Source: a virus
Lineage: Duplodnaviria > Caudoviricetes
Strand: one strand, 5' to 3'
IMG/VR virus record: IMGVR_UViG_3300044850_000073
Location: 1 to 62,010 of that record
Length of the DNA: 62,010 bases
Shown piece after piece: positions 28,093 through 37,828 of this stretch; within the stretch, counting starts at the first letter, position 1; the number at the start of each line of letters is the position of its first letter. Both the position numbers and the translations under genes were made by a program. The notes below the pieces were generated by a model that saw nothing but the letters and a program-made list of their open reading frames with translations, did not search any database and was not told the origin of the DNA.

Positions 28093-29238
28093 ATGTCATA
28101 CTTGACGTGGGGAGAAGTATGCCGACTTGCTGCTAATATTGGCAGCAAGTATCCAGAGTTAGTAGCAGCGCAGTGGGCACTTGAAAGCGCATGGGGGTCA
28201 GCATTGAGTGGTAGAAACAATTTCTTTGGCATTAAAGGCAAAGGCACCGTTAAGCCTACTGTTGAATATGTTAATGGTAAGCCAGTGCAGGTAGAAGCAG
28301 AATTCATGGATTTTGCAACACCTGAAGAATGTATAAAATACTTAGTTGAACGCTGGTACAAAGATTACAAAGACTACAAGGGAGTGAACAATGCCACCGA
28401 TCGTAACAAGGCTGCATATATGTTGGTTTCCGAGCATTATGCAACTGATCCTGAGTATGCAAATAAATTGATTGGATTAATGGACAAGAATACCCCTCCA
28501 ATGTTTGGTGAGCCCGCTAAAGTTAATCCCATTAATCTTAAGGATGCTGCTAGATGGTTCGCTGGTCACCCGCATCAAAACCTGGCATGGGATAGATTGC
28601 AAGAGAAATTATCTGTTGATGTGTTAAATCAATTTGCAATTGACTATCGATCAAGTGCAAGTCAACCCAACAAGGCTCCTGTTAGTAGCCAAAAGTTTCC
28701 CTTAGATGTTCCATATTTTTATCAGCGTGACAGCAAGACCGGTCACGGAGAACGGTCCTGCCAGTCGTCGGCGTTGGCGATGATTGTTGAATATATAAAT
28801 CCTGGATTGATCGACGATGACGATGATTATCTGAATATTGTATTTAGATACGGTGATACAATCTCTCAGTCCGCTCAGACCAAAGCTCTTGATAGTCTTG
28901 GTTTAAAAAACAATTTTTCACAAAATGGATCCGAAGCAGATTTACTGAAAATTCTAGATGCCGGCTGCCCTGTCGCTGTTGGTATTCTCCATAAGGATAA
29001 TATCAGCAATCCTTCAGGTGGTGGACATTGGGTTACTGTAATTGGATATGATCAGGAGTATTACCATGTCCATGATCCATTCGGCGAGCTTGACTTAATA
29101 AACGGAGGGTATCCAAAGAATAGCCCGACTGATGGTAAGAATCAGCGTTATTCCAGAAAGAACCTTAATAAGAGATGGTTGATTGCAAATGACCATGATG
29201 GCTGGTTCTGGGATTTAAGCGGCAATAAAAAACAATGA
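28093..29238 (+). CDS. Endolysin: GH73 glucosaminidase plus C39-like peptidase
   Basis: AAQWALESAWG..NNFFGIK..YATDPEY; VPYFYQ..SCQSS..GGHW..VHDP. Confidence 0.88.
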   Translation: MSYLTWGEVCRLAANIGSKYPELVAAQWALESAWGSALSGRNNFFGIKGKGTVKPTVEYVNGKPVQVEAEFMDFATPEECIKYLVERWYKDYKDYKGVNNATDRNKAAYMLVSEHYATDPEYANKLIGLMDKNTPPMFGEPAKVNPINLKDAARWFAGHPHQNLAWDRLQEKLSVDVLNQFAIDYRSSASQPNKAPVSSQKFPLDVPYFYQRDSKTGHGERSCQSSALAMIVEYINPGLIDDDDDYLNIVFRYGDTISQSAQTKALDSLGLKNNFSQNGSEADLLKILDAGCPVAVGILHKDNISNPSGGGHWVTVIGYDQEYYHVHDPFGELDLINGGYPKNSPTDGKNQRYSRKNLNKRWLIANDHDGWFWDLSGNKKQ

Positions 29239-29456
29239 AAAAACAAGTAATATTACCATTCTTGCCTGGCTACATGTTTAATGGGCGCACTGTATTGTCT
29301 ACGGGAGTTGCAATACCTCCCACTCAGTTCATTGATCAGAACACCGGAGAGACTATTTATTACGTAAGGCCAATTTTTGAATGTGGAGGTGTTTTTGTCG
29401 GAATGTACATCAAGCACTCTGGCATTGTTAATTGGATTAACTCATCGCAAGATTAA
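29235..29456 (+). CDS. Hypothetical protein
   Basis: ATGA overlap with endolysin. Confidence 0.55.
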   Translation: MKKQVILPFLPGYMFNGRTVLSTGVAIPPTQFIDQNTGETIYYVRPIFECGGVFVGMYIKHSGIVNWINSSQD

Positions 29457-29911
29457 TCATTCCCGATCTCGATAGCGTCACTATCATCATCTTCATCGCC
29501 AACAATATAAGTTAGCCCAGGGATGCTTTCAACGATATTTTTTATATAGCCGTGAATTTTATCTTCATCCCAGTTACAATTATCATATAATTGTTGGCTG
29601 AGTTCTGTCAATGTAGCGGTGTGGTAGTTGGTCCATTTCTTCTTAGAAAGAGCATCCTCTTTGATTTTAGAAACGGCCATTAATATTTCAAGTTCAGTTG
29701 ACAGGTATTCTTGTGACATCACCAGCTCAGCATGTTCTACTCTACTGCGATCGATTAACCATAAAATTGCTTTAAAAATATATGTCAAAAATAATAACAA
29801 TCGATTGCCTATCTCAACCTGAACAGTTAGGCACAAGTTAATCAACCATTGAATGGAACTAAGCACTAGGTCCATTACGGTGCCAGTCAGGTTGTATACG
29901 GCAGTTTTCAT
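29453..29911 (-). CDS. Hypothetical protein
   Basis: ATGA-coupled to helicase. Confidence 0.65.
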   Translation of the reverse strand: MKTAVYNLTGTVMDLVLSSIQWLINLCLTVQVEIGNRLLLFLTYIFKAILWLIDRSRVEHAELVMSQEYLSTELEILMAVSKIKEDALSKKKWTNYHTATLTELSQQLYDNCNWDEDKIHGYIKNIVESIPGLTYIVGDEDDDSDAIEIGND

Positions 29912-31680
29912 GTTCTGAAGCGCGAGCTTTTGACTACATCTATATTCTGCATTGTATCATCATTCTTCAGGCTTTGGGTCTGGTAGTCCAGTTGTATTTT
30001 TGACATCTGCACTTCCCCTTTTACAGCAACCAATCTTTCATCTGGATGTTTGCCTTCCCAGAATTGCTGACCGTTTCTTACGGCGCTATGCCAGACCTCT
30101 AGCTTCCTTTCTGTTGGTTCTCCATCGACTGGCTTATGTTTCCTAATTATCCATACAGCATGTGAGACATGAGCCAAGGCGTCCGTACCTCTGATCTGAT
30201 CAAGTTCTGGTTCTTTTGGAACTGATTTCATGTTATTCTGCTCGATTTTCAGTCCAACTTGGTTCATTTGAGCAAAAACAAATATATCTATATCCAGCTC
30301 CTTTGCGGCAGTTATCAATTTATATGCTCGCTCTTCAAGCATAGAAGGATTATCGCGTGGCGCATTTTTATGCCTTGCCAAGGCATGGAAGTGATCAAGA
30401 ATCACGCATCTAAGTTCTGGATTTTTAGCTTTCATCGAACGCATTGAATTAACGACAGTGTCAACGCAAGCGCCCCATGGAGCTTCAATTAGCAACTTGC
30501 CATTCGTTTCTTGTAAATGAAACGCCAAAGTTCCCATTAGATTCATCAAACAATCTTTATCTTCTTCTGCTGGGTTTTCTAGCTCGCTTACTGTAACATA
30601 GCCAATCTTATCTTCCGTAGCTCTCCAGTGATAACCTTGACGTGACAGCAACTTGCGACTCAGGCTAGCCATTAGTCTGGCCTCAATTGAAGCATAGTCA
30701 AGTTCCACTGATATAAAGCCAACCGTCAACCCCTTGGATGATAGCGATGATGCAATCTCACATCCGATAGACGTTTTACCAACTTTCGTCCTGGCTGCAA
30801 TTGTCATCAGACGGCCGCCAAAAAGCCTATGGGGCTCAGGAAAATTAACACCACCGCCAATATCTAAATCAAAAGCTGGGATACCGGTAGAGGCAGGGCG
30901 TCGCTGCTTTGTTTTTGAATTAAACCTGTCAATCCAGTTTTGCCTATTGCCTCCAGGGTTTCCTATGATCGACTCCACAAGAGTGACGGCCTGCCCTTGA
31001 TTGCCTATACTGCCACGCATCATTCCAACGCCTTCCATAGCCCGCTGCTGTATGTATTCAAGAGCTTCCTCAAGCTTGATATCGGCTTTAATATTTTGCT
31101 TTGCGTTATGAAGCGTCTCTATATATAAGGCCCTTACCCGTACTTGCTTTAATACGTCGAGAGCTGTCTGCCATTCGGTTTTTGCGTCGCCGTAACAGTT
31201 GAGCAGCTCTGGGTCCGCCAATTCATTAATAGTTTGGTTGAAAGTAATAATTGGTATGATTCTGGAAGAATTGCTTAGATTTGAATAGCCGGCAATCAGC
31301 GATTCCATGGAAAGGATTTGACCGCTTCTGTCTCCTATAAATGTCAAATCAATCTCTTTTGCAATCGCTTTAAATCTGTCGTCTGACCACAAGCTGAGTG
31401 GGATTAGCTGACCATGACCTATGCCAAAACCTGTCCTGAGTTCACCCCATAATTCACGGGCTATTCCAGGAGGGCATGAAAGCACTTTACTTAATATAAT
31501 AGCTTCTTGGTTAGTTGTATCTTCTCGGTCTTGCACGGATGTCGGCTGTAATTTATCTACAATGCGAGCTACCTCAACAGCTTTATCAATGAACGTTGAA
31601 TTACATCCAATTATCTTACCTTCTTCTTGGTGCAATAGACCAAGGTCAACTGCTTTTTGTAAGTAGAATGGTAATTCCAT
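29908..31680 (-). CDS. dnaB: DnaB-like (SF4) replicative helicase; start probably 31680 or 31698
   Basis: STGIPAFD; Walker A AARTKVGKT; FISVEL; Walker B VILDH; AQMN. Confidence 0.85.
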   Translation of the reverse strand: MELPFYLQKAVDLGLLHQEEGKIIGCNSTFIDKAVEVARIVDKLQPTSVQDREDTTNQEAIILSKVLSCPPGIARELWGELRTGFGIGHGQLIPLSLWSDDRFKAIAKEIDLTFIGDRSGQILSMESLIAGYSNLSNSSRIIPIITFNQTINELADPELLNCYGDAKTEWQTALDVLKQVRVRALYIETLHNAKQNIKADIKLEEALEYIQQRAMEGVGMMRGSIGNQGQAVTLVESIIGNPGGNRQNWIDRFNSKTKQRRPASTGIPAFDLDIGGGVNFPEPHRLFGGRLMTIAARTKVGKTSIGCEIASSLSSKGLTVGFISVELDYASIEARLMASLSRKLLSRQGYHWRATEDKIGYVTVSELENPAEEDKDCLMNLMGTLAFHLQETNGKLLIEAPWGACVDTVVNSMRSMKAKNPELRCVILDHFHALARHKNAPRDNPSMLEERAYKLITAAKELDIDIFVFAQMNQVGLKIEQNNMKSVPKEPELDQIRGTDALAHVSHAVWIIRKHKPVDGEPTERKLEVWHSAVRNGQQFWEGKHPDERLVAVKGEVQMSKIQLDYQTQSLKNDDTMQNIDVVKSSRFRT

Positions 31681-31681
31681 A

Positions 31682-32695
31682 TCACTTCTCGTCGTCATAG
31701 CGCCAGAACTGTTCTCTAGGTTCCCTTGGTTCTGGGACATCGCTCGGCCAGGAAGGCAGTCTAAACATCAGTCTGAATCTAGCCGGATCCAGGCCCTCTT
31801 CCCGGAATGCTTGTTCTATCTTAAGAATTCTAGGCGTCAGTATGTCTATATTATCAGGATCATCTCTAAGCAGATTACAATACATCATATGGAGTTCATC
31901 ATAATCATCGATCAATCTTCTGTGCTTTGCCTTAAGAACCAACTCATCCTTTCTGTCTTGTTCCAAAACAGCCTCTGCTTTGTCGTAATTCAAGCCATCG
32001 TTATATAGCGTATAAACGTTTTGATATTTCTTGCTTTGAGGTGATCCAATTCCAACGATACTTTGCAAGGTCTTTGATGAATTGTCTTTTGACCAAAAAG
32101 TGGAGTGCTCGATGCCGTTTTTCAGGACAGAGAAGAAATCTGCATAAGCATGTGGCTTTAACTTTAAAGCCATGATATGAGCGTCGATTGATCTAAGAAG
32201 CTGAGAACTTAGTCGATTTATTTTGCTATAATTTGCTGGCCTGAAAGAATTCCAAGCATCAGTAGCCTGCTGGAAATAGTCATTCTCCTTTGGCTTTAGC
32301 TCTTGCTTGCTTGACTTGTCTGTTCTAATATCAGTTTCTTGTTCAGCATTAGCCTTATCTAATAAATTCTTTATTTCCGCCCTAGCGTTATAGCTTACGT
32401 CTATCATTCTTCTGAGCACAGGTATCGGATCAACCAAGACTATTTTATCTTCTGTTCCTTCAATAAGTCCGTATTCTTTCAATTCTTTAATACATCTTAT
32501 TCTGGTTGATCTATGTATTCCTATCATTTTATCTAGGACTGATTTGTCAATCGGGCCAAATCTTACTTGATTAGCTAATACAATCCATAGCAATTTGCTA
32601 TTGGGGTGGAGATCTTCGCAGAGCAGAAGTTCTAGTGGAGCCTTAGCAAACGTATGTATATCCCAGCTTGACTTCTTTGAGACGGAGACCTTCAT
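31682..32695 (-). CDS. Putative replication initiator (N-terminal winged HTH)
   Basis: LHPNSKLLWIVL..MIGIHRSTRIRCIKELKEYGLI; upstream of helicase; next to iteron array. Confidence 0.7.
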   Translation of the reverse strand: MKVSVSKKSSWDIHTFAKAPLELLLCEDLHPNSKLLWIVLANQVRFGPIDKSVLDKMIGIHRSTRIRCIKELKEYGLIEGTEDKIVLVDPIPVLRRMIDVSYNARAEIKNLLDKANAEQETDIRTDKSSKQELKPKENDYFQQATDAWNSFRPANYSKINRLSSQLLRSIDAHIMALKLKPHAYADFFSVLKNGIEHSTFWSKDNSSKTLQSIVGIGSPQSKKYQNVYTLYNDGLNYDKAEAVLEQDRKDELVLKAKHRRLIDDYDELHMMYCNLLRDDPDNIDILTPRILKIEQAFREEGLDPARFRLMFRLPSWPSDVPEPREPREQFWRYDDEK

Positions 32696-32799
32696 AAACC
32701 ATGTGGAGCTGAGCACAGGATACGCGATACTCGGGACGTGTCCAAAAATACCATAATTGCGTCGCAAGCATTAAATGATCTTTAATCTTTGGGATCTCG

Positions 32800-32994
32800 C
32801 GTTGCAAAGCGCAACGCCAGGCGTTGTAAAATACAACACATACGTTGCACGACGCAACGTTTTACGTTGCAAAATGCGCGTTATCAAGAAATGTTACGAA
32901 AACCGCGTCGCGTTATGCAACATTTTCTGTTGCACGATGCAACGCAAACGTTGCAGGACGCAACGCAATGGCAAAAACGTTGCAGGATGCAACG
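32800..32994. repeat. Palindromic iteron array, putative replication origin
   Basis: CGTTGC-N5-GCAACG type copies at 32800, 32822, 32843, 32865 (half), 32928, 32949, 32978; A-rich tract follows. Confidence 0.8.
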
Positions 32995-33079
32995 CTTATA
33001 AAGAGTTCTAAGAAAAAGAAAAAAGAAATAGAAGAAGTAAGAAGAGCAGCCAACGCTTCGCGTTCGGTAAGCTGATGAC

Positions 33080-33496
33080 ATGGAGAAAAAGCGCCCAAGG
33101 CTGACGCTCGAACAGAAGGAGCTGATCGAGTCCACCTATCAGGAGATAGGTGAATCAATCGCGGCCAACATTGTCAATGGAAATAAAACAATTAAATGGG
33201 CATGGGATCTAATAGGTTCCATAGGAATATATGAGCAGTGGATGATAGAACGTTGGATTACGAAGTATAAATTTGAAAAACGTGGCTATGTTTACAATAT
33301 GAAGAATTCAAAAAGAAAAAGGGGTCCTCGAAGCAACCCTAATGGCCTGATCAAAAGAAAGCAGGACATCGTAGAAGCTTTAAAAATTATGAAGCTCGGC
33401 TTGGATCCGTTAGAATACCTTCAGCAAAAGAACAACCCCAAAACCGATGGCAGAAGTACCCAACCTGGCAGGAGTAGCGACCAAGGATCTGGTTGA
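33080..33496 (+). CDS. Hypothetical basic protein
   Basis: 138 aa; first gene of rightward unit. Confidence 0.6.
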   Translation: MEKKRPRLTLEQKELIESTYQEIGESIAANIVNGNKTIKWAWDLIGSIGIYEQWMIERWITKYKFEKRGYVYNMKNSKRKRGPRSNPNGLIKRKQDIVEALKIMKLGLDPLEYLQQKNNPKTDGRSTQPGRSSDQGSG

Positions 33497-34163
33497 GACT
33501 ATTGGTACTGGCAGTTTCAAGGCCAGCTATATCAATTGGGCTCGCACAATGAATCTGCTGCATGAACATGCGCCTGGGTGGTCTCCTGAATTACTTCCGA
33601 CTCATGATGGCAATTGGGTACATGCTGCACCGGGCTCTGGAGGATTTTTAATGATCCGATTTGTGCATACAGATGGCTCCGTTAGGCCTGCTTATCCACA
33701 AAGCATCATGGATCACAGGAATAATGCTATTCCACTTGATAAGATTACTGCTCGCGATGTTACAGACACCCATCGCCGGGGAGCCTGCATGGCGGCTGCA
33801 ATGGAATTTAGCTTAGGCTATGAACTCTGGGCGAAAATGCCTCTAGAGAGTGGCTACTCTACCGAGGACCAGGCAAATGAAGGGGTTAGCAAGGCAGTCG
33901 CTACGGAGCCTACCCCAAGCGGCTTCCAGGCCCGTGAACAGCCTACTCAGCAGGATTTTCTGGAAGCTTGCTTGAGCAAGGGTCTAACTACCATGGCAGC
34001 CGATAACCTGCTTGAATTGGTGGCTGGTAATTTTGCTGGTGGGCTGAAGACTTTGTCCAGCAAGACGGCAGAGTGGGTTGCCGAGCAGAATGCAAAGGCT
34101 GAACCTAAAGCCTCTCGGGGTGCAAAAAAGTCGTCGAGCAAGCCTGCTCCAGAGGATTATTAA
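33447..34163 (+). CDS. Single-strand annealing recombinase (Sak3 / DUF1071-like)
   Basis: ASYINWA..IMDHRNNAI..ITARDVTDTHRR..AM..LG.ELW pattern; near SSB and exonuclease. Confidence 0.75.
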   Translation: MAEVPNLAGVATKDLVETIGTGSFKASYINWARTMNLLHEHAPGWSPELLPTHDGNWVHAAPGSGGFLMIRFVHTDGSVRPAYPQSIMDHRNNAIPLDKITARDVTDTHRRGACMAAAMEFSLGYELWAKMPLESGYSTEDQANEGVSKAVATEPTPSGFQAREQPTQQDFLEACLSKGLTTMAADNLLELVAGNFAGGLKTLSSKTAEWVAEQNAKAEPKASRGAKKSSSKPAPEDY

Positions 34164-34276
34164 GTGAATACCCTGTGTTAGCGGAACCTGAATTAGGCGT
34201 ACCTCAATTTTCGATTGACTGGGCTGCTAATCAGCTCGCATCTGAATTTGACGGCGTAGTCATAAAAGATTATTAA
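34130..34276 (+). CDS. -1 frame extension of the recombinase (48 codons; not in ORF track)
   Basis: A AAA AAG at 34124-34130; frame open to TAA 34274-34276; terminator follows. Confidence 0.6.
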   Translation, partial: VVEQACSRGLLSEYPVLAEPELGVPQFSIDWAANQLASEFDGVVIKDY

Positions 34277-34301
34277 GACCCAGTCCATGGGTCTTTTTTT
34301 T
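34275..34301 (+). terminator. Intrinsic terminator
   Basis: aagaccca-gtcca-tgggtctt plus T tract. Confidence 0.85.
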
Positions 34302-34332
34302 GCTATGCTTATTGCGAGTCCCAATTCGCTCC

Positions 34333-35148
34333 ATGACGGCAGTTAAAGACGGTATAACGACTTGGTATAACTATGCTGGTCGGTACCGTGTTTTGGATCA
34401 ATACGAATTTGATGTATTGATCAAGCAAATGAAGCAGCATGAGCCAGGAACAAAGGAATATACAGATATTCTAAATAAGCTGACGATGCATAACTTAAAA
34501 TTAGTCATCAAGTTTGTTTCTAACTTTGTTAGAGCAAATGTTCAAAACAAGATGGGTACTATGGATATGCTTGACTATCTTCAGGTCGGGACTATCGGTT
34601 TGCGTCGCGCCATTGAATGCTATGATCCTGCAAAAGGTTACAAGTTTTCCACCTATGCAGTACCCTGGATAAGGTCTCTTGTCTCAAGGTATAACTTAAA
34701 AGTTTCTAGTGTTTTTCACATTACTGAAAACGCTCTTCTTGATGCATGGCAATACAAGACTTACGGTGAGATCAGAAGCAAATCTTCAAAAAATAAAACG
34801 GCCGAAGAATGCGTCGATCTGGTAAAAAGGATACAGGCGATGCAAAACCCGATAAGTGTGGATGCCGATGTTTGCGGACCCGGCGAAACAGAAGGCACAG
34901 AGCTGGTCAAACGCCTTGAAAGTCACTACAAGATGTATGACAGCAGTCTGGATTTCAATATGGAAATGGAAGACCTGGTAAACTCTGCTGGTCTCACTAA
35001 AATGCAGATAAAAATTATTAAAGCGTCATTTATCCAAGAGTTGACGACGCATCAGATAAAAGAACTGTATGGCATTAGCGTGCCCGAGATTAAGAGATCA
35101 AAACAAAAAGCCTTGGCTAAGCTCAAAGACGCTCTTAGTCAGTTATAA
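34333..35148 (+). CDS. RNA polymerase sigma-70 family factor (RpoD-like)
   Basis: HNLKLV..DYLQVGTIGLRRAIECYDPAKGYKFSTYAVPWIR; region 4 KQKALAKLK. Confidence 0.92.
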   Translation: MTAVKDGITTWYNYAGRYRVLDQYEFDVLIKQMKQHEPGTKEYTDILNKLTMHNLKLVIKFVSNFVRANVQNKMGTMDMLDYLQVGTIGLRRAIECYDPAKGYKFSTYAVPWIRSLVSRYNLKVSSVFHITENALLDAWQYKTYGEIRSKSSKNKTAEECVDLVKRIQAMQNPISVDADVCGPGETEGTELVKRLESHYKMYDSSLDFNMEMEDLVNSAGLTKMQIKIIKASFIQELTTHQIKELYGISVPEIKRSKQKALAKLKDALSQL

Positions 35149-35175
35149 TGATGTGTAAGATATCCCTGATGGGAA

Positions 35176-35535
35176 ATGGCTGCTATCTCTATTGCTGGAA
35201 CCGTCACCGGCCGCTCCGGCGAACCTCCTGTTACTCTTAAAACATTTCAAGGCAAAGATGGTACTCAGACCGTCGCAAGCTTTAGTGTTGCCGACCTTGA
35301 GTATATCTTTACCAAAAAAGACGAAGAACGCCAAGGTCAATTCTATAACTGCGAAGTCCGAGGCAAATCGGCAGAGTTATGCGCTGAACGCATTCAGCGT
35401 GGCGATAAGATTGCTGTAACCGGGCAACTTGTACAGCGAATGTATAACGAAAAGATGTATATTACTATTAAAAACGCCTCTGTCACTTACCTTGAAAAGC
35501 GAAAAGATGTTGGTGAAGCAGAAATGCCTTTCTGA
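35176..35535 (+). CDS. ssb: Single-stranded DNA-binding protein
   Basis: OB fold (VASFSVA, GKSAE, GDKIAVTGQL); C-terminal EMPF. Confidence 0.92.
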   Translation: MAAISIAGTVTGRSGEPPVTLKTFQGKDGTQTVASFSVADLEYIFTKKDEERQGQFYNCEVRGKSAELCAERIQRGDKIAVTGQLVQRMYNEKMYITIKNASVTYLEKRKDVGEAEMPF

Positions 35536-35584
35536 TTGCTAATTAATCAATGCGGCCAGGAAACTGGCCGTTCTTTTTGCTTGT

Positions 35585-36031
35585 ATGGAATCTTTCAATT
35601 TTACCGACTTACCGCCTGGCGCGTACATGGATGAATTGCCGTTACTCACGACGGCTCATATCAAGCCTTATATTGTTGCTATATTATTGCATCGAGGAGC
35701 GGTCAGGGACTTTGAGATTATCAATAGCTTGACTCCTCATTGCCAAACAAGTGATTTGAAAATCGGTGGTTGGGATCCCTTGGAGGAAGAATGGTGTGAA
35801 GGCACTCGCCTAGAGAAGCTTATAGATGAAGCTTTGGGCGAATTCGTAGCGGAGGGCGTACTGCGTTACAATGAATCCAGAAATCTATGGGTTTTAACCG
35901 CTAACGACATATCGGTTGTGATTTCATGGGTAGCTTCTCTTGGAGCAAAGATACCACAACATTTACTGTTAGAATTATCTAGGGAACAATTAATTCGCAT
36001 CCCAAATTATATTCCTTTGGACCATGAGTAA
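35585..36031 (+). CDS. Hypothetical protein
   Basis: 148 aa ORF in operon. Confidence 0.65.
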   Translation: MESFNFTDLPPGAYMDELPLLTTAHIKPYIVAILLHRGAVRDFEIINSLTPHCQTSDLKIGGWDPLEEEWCEGTRLEKLIDEALGEFVAEGVLRYNESRNLWVLTANDISVVISWVASLGAKIPQHLLLELSREQLIRIPNYIPLDHE

Positions 36032-36251
36032 AAAGACAGTAACTGAAAGCATGAGATTGCAGCAACCTGCATTTCCTATGCCAAGATACAGGAGAGGAAC
36101 TCCTGTACAGGTTTACATGGGAGCTGGGTGGTCCGCAGGATCTGTTGTCGAAAGTTTTCAAGATAAGTGCTCAGTTAGACTTAATTTTGGCAACAAGTTA
36201 ATTACAGTGTTTGATGCAAGATCAATTCGTTCAACCGAGGAGAACAAGTGA
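36024..36251 (+). CDS. Hypothetical protein (small beta-barrel-like)
   Basis: Overlap-coupled ORF. Confidence 0.6.
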   Translation: MSKKTVTESMRLQQPAFPMPRYRRGTPVQVYMGAGWSAGSVVESFQDKCSVRLNFGNKLITVFDARSIRSTEENK

Positions 36252-36553
36252 TGACTTACACCCAGAGTCTGATTGCACAACAATGTGACGCTATCAAACA
36301 GTTACTTCTTGCTAAGAATAAGAAGTACGGCGATTCTGCGTTGAATCCAACAAGGATTTTCTCTAAATCGGATGAAGTCGAACAACTTAATGTTCGAATA
36401 GACGACAAACTGTCAAGAATCCTAAGAGGAGCTGGATTAGTTGATAGCGACGAAGACGTCATTCAAGACTTGATTGGATACTTGATCCTGTTGAAAATTG
36501 CTATCAATAGACAGAAGCAAGACAAATGGGATGGTACTGATATAAATACCTAG
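36248..36553 (+). CDS. Nucleotide modification-associated domain 1 (DUF1599-like) protein
   Basis: KNKKYGDS..VRIDDKLSRI..EDVIQDLIGYLIL. Confidence 0.75.
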   Translation: MMTYTQSLIAQQCDAIKQLLLAKNKKYGDSALNPTRIFSKSDEVEQLNVRIDDKLSRILRGAGLVDSDEDVIQDLIGYLILLKIAINRQKQDKWDGTDINT

Positions 36554-36554
36554 T

Positions 36555-36563
36555 GGAATACTA
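36555..36563 (+). promoter_or_regulatory. Putative late promoter box GGAATACTA
   Basis: Motif upstream of rusA. Confidence 0.7.
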
Positions 36564-36583
36564 AAGCTAATTTAGCTGTATAA

Positions 36584-36964
36584 ATGGAAATATCTAACGA
36601 TGATCAGAATGAGTTTAAATTCATAATCAAGCAGCCATTGTTCTCCAAGGCTAGACCTCGACTAACAAGGTGTGGGAAGGCGTACATGCCTGCCGCATAC
36701 AAGGATGCACAAAGCAGACTTAAGCAGGAGTTAGTCAAACAATGGTCCCAGCCTCCCCTGGAAGGCCCTGTATGGCTTGATATAGTCGTTCAGGGAGAAG
36801 GACGCGGAGACCTGGATAACATCGCTGGAGCCTTTATGGACGCAGCTCAGAGCATACTGTTCACCGACGATAGGGTTAGCGTAATTAGTCGACTAACTAT
36901 TGAGTGGGCGAAATCCAGCAAGGCTGACTCACAGTGGATTGTGCGGATAATTCCGTTAAGATGA
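36584..36964 (+). CDS. rusA: RusA-like Holliday junction resolvase
   Basis: KARPR..PLEGPV..GDLDNI..D..DD. Confidence 0.88.
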   Translation: MEISNDDQNEFKFIIKQPLFSKARPRLTRCGKAYMPAAYKDAQSRLKQELVKQWSQPPLEGPVWLDIVVQGEGRGDLDNIAGAFMDAAQSILFTDDRVSVISRLTIEWAKSSKADSQWIVRIIPLR

Positions 36965-36988
36965 ATGCATGCGTAAACCACGTAGACA

Positions 36989-37828
36989 ATGGTACAGATT
37001 GCTTATCGTCAGCCTGATGCAGAATATAGGCGCGAGCTTGGCGAAAACCAAAGTTATTTAAAAAATATTCTCATCAGCCCGGCTCATTATAAAGCAGCAA
37101 AGACAAGAAGGTTTCCTGTTACTGTCAACATGGAAATTGGATCTGCCTTGCATTGCAGAGTCCTGGAAGGGAAAGAAGAGTTTGAATCAAGGTTTCTATT
37201 AAAACCTGATGGAGTAGCTTTTAATACGAAAGAAGGTAAGGAATGGAAACTGGCAAACAAAGGCAAGACAATACTTGCTAAAAGTGATTATGATAATGTC
37301 TTAGGGATGGCCGATTCGCTATTTGCGATGGACTGGTTTAATCCTGACCAGAATGATTACAGAAAATACAACGAATTATCTGTTTATTGGGATGTTGATG
37401 GTATCCCGTGCAAAGGCAGGCTTGACAGGCTTGTGGACATGGGAGACCACCTTCTTGTTCTTGATCTAAAGACGACAGACTCAGTTGAATATTCAACTTT
37501 CCTTAAAAAAGTGACCGGAGGGCTGAATTATGTGTTTCAAGCAGCTTGGTACGCAGAGGCGGCAAGCGTTGCATTTGATAAGCCGGCAAAGTTTATTTTC
37601 ATAGGTATAGAAAGAAGTGAGCCATGGGCCACAGGGATCTTTGAGGTATCAACCGAAATGATGGCCGAGGGCGTAGCACAGATAAATAAAGCCCGGAAAC
37701 TGTTAAAAAAATGTTTGAGCACCAAGCAGTGGCCAAAGCCTGAGGTAGAATATAGTGTCATGAATCTTCCGCCATGGTACAAGTCTATGGCTGATCAGTA
37801 TCTCGAAGTTGACGAGGTTTTATTTTAA
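36989..37828 (+). CDS. RecE / exonuclease VIII-like PD-(D/E)XK nuclease
   Basis: SPAHY..GSALHC.VLE..CKGRLD..DLKTT..QAAWY. Confidence 0.88.
   Translation: MVQIAYRQPDAEYRRELGENQSYLKNILISPAHYKAAKTRRFPVTVNMEIGSALHCRVLEGKEEFESRFLLKPDGVAFNTKEGKEWKLANKGKTILAKSDYDNVLGMADSLFAMDWFNPDQNDYRKYNELSVYWDVDGIPCKGRLDRLVDMGDHLLVLDLKTTDSVEYSTFLKKVTGGLNYVFQAAWYAEAASVAFDKPAKFIFIGIERSEPWATGIFEVSTEMMAEGVAQINKARKLLKKCLSTKQWPKPEVEYSVMNLPPWYKSMADQYLEVDEVLF

Noticed and set aside
33080-33140. LTLEQ motif suggesting NblA
   Set aside because: The protein is 138 aa and lacks the rest of the NblA pattern.
32775-33158. Five overlapping short ORFs
   Set aside because: They lie over the iteron array and translate into Cys/Arg repeat patterns; probably non-coding.
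36248-36553. Nmad1 domain as evidence of a DNA hypermodification pathway
   Set aside because: No accompanying modification enzymes or phage polymerase in the window; ThyX and Dcd fit ordinary dTTP supply.
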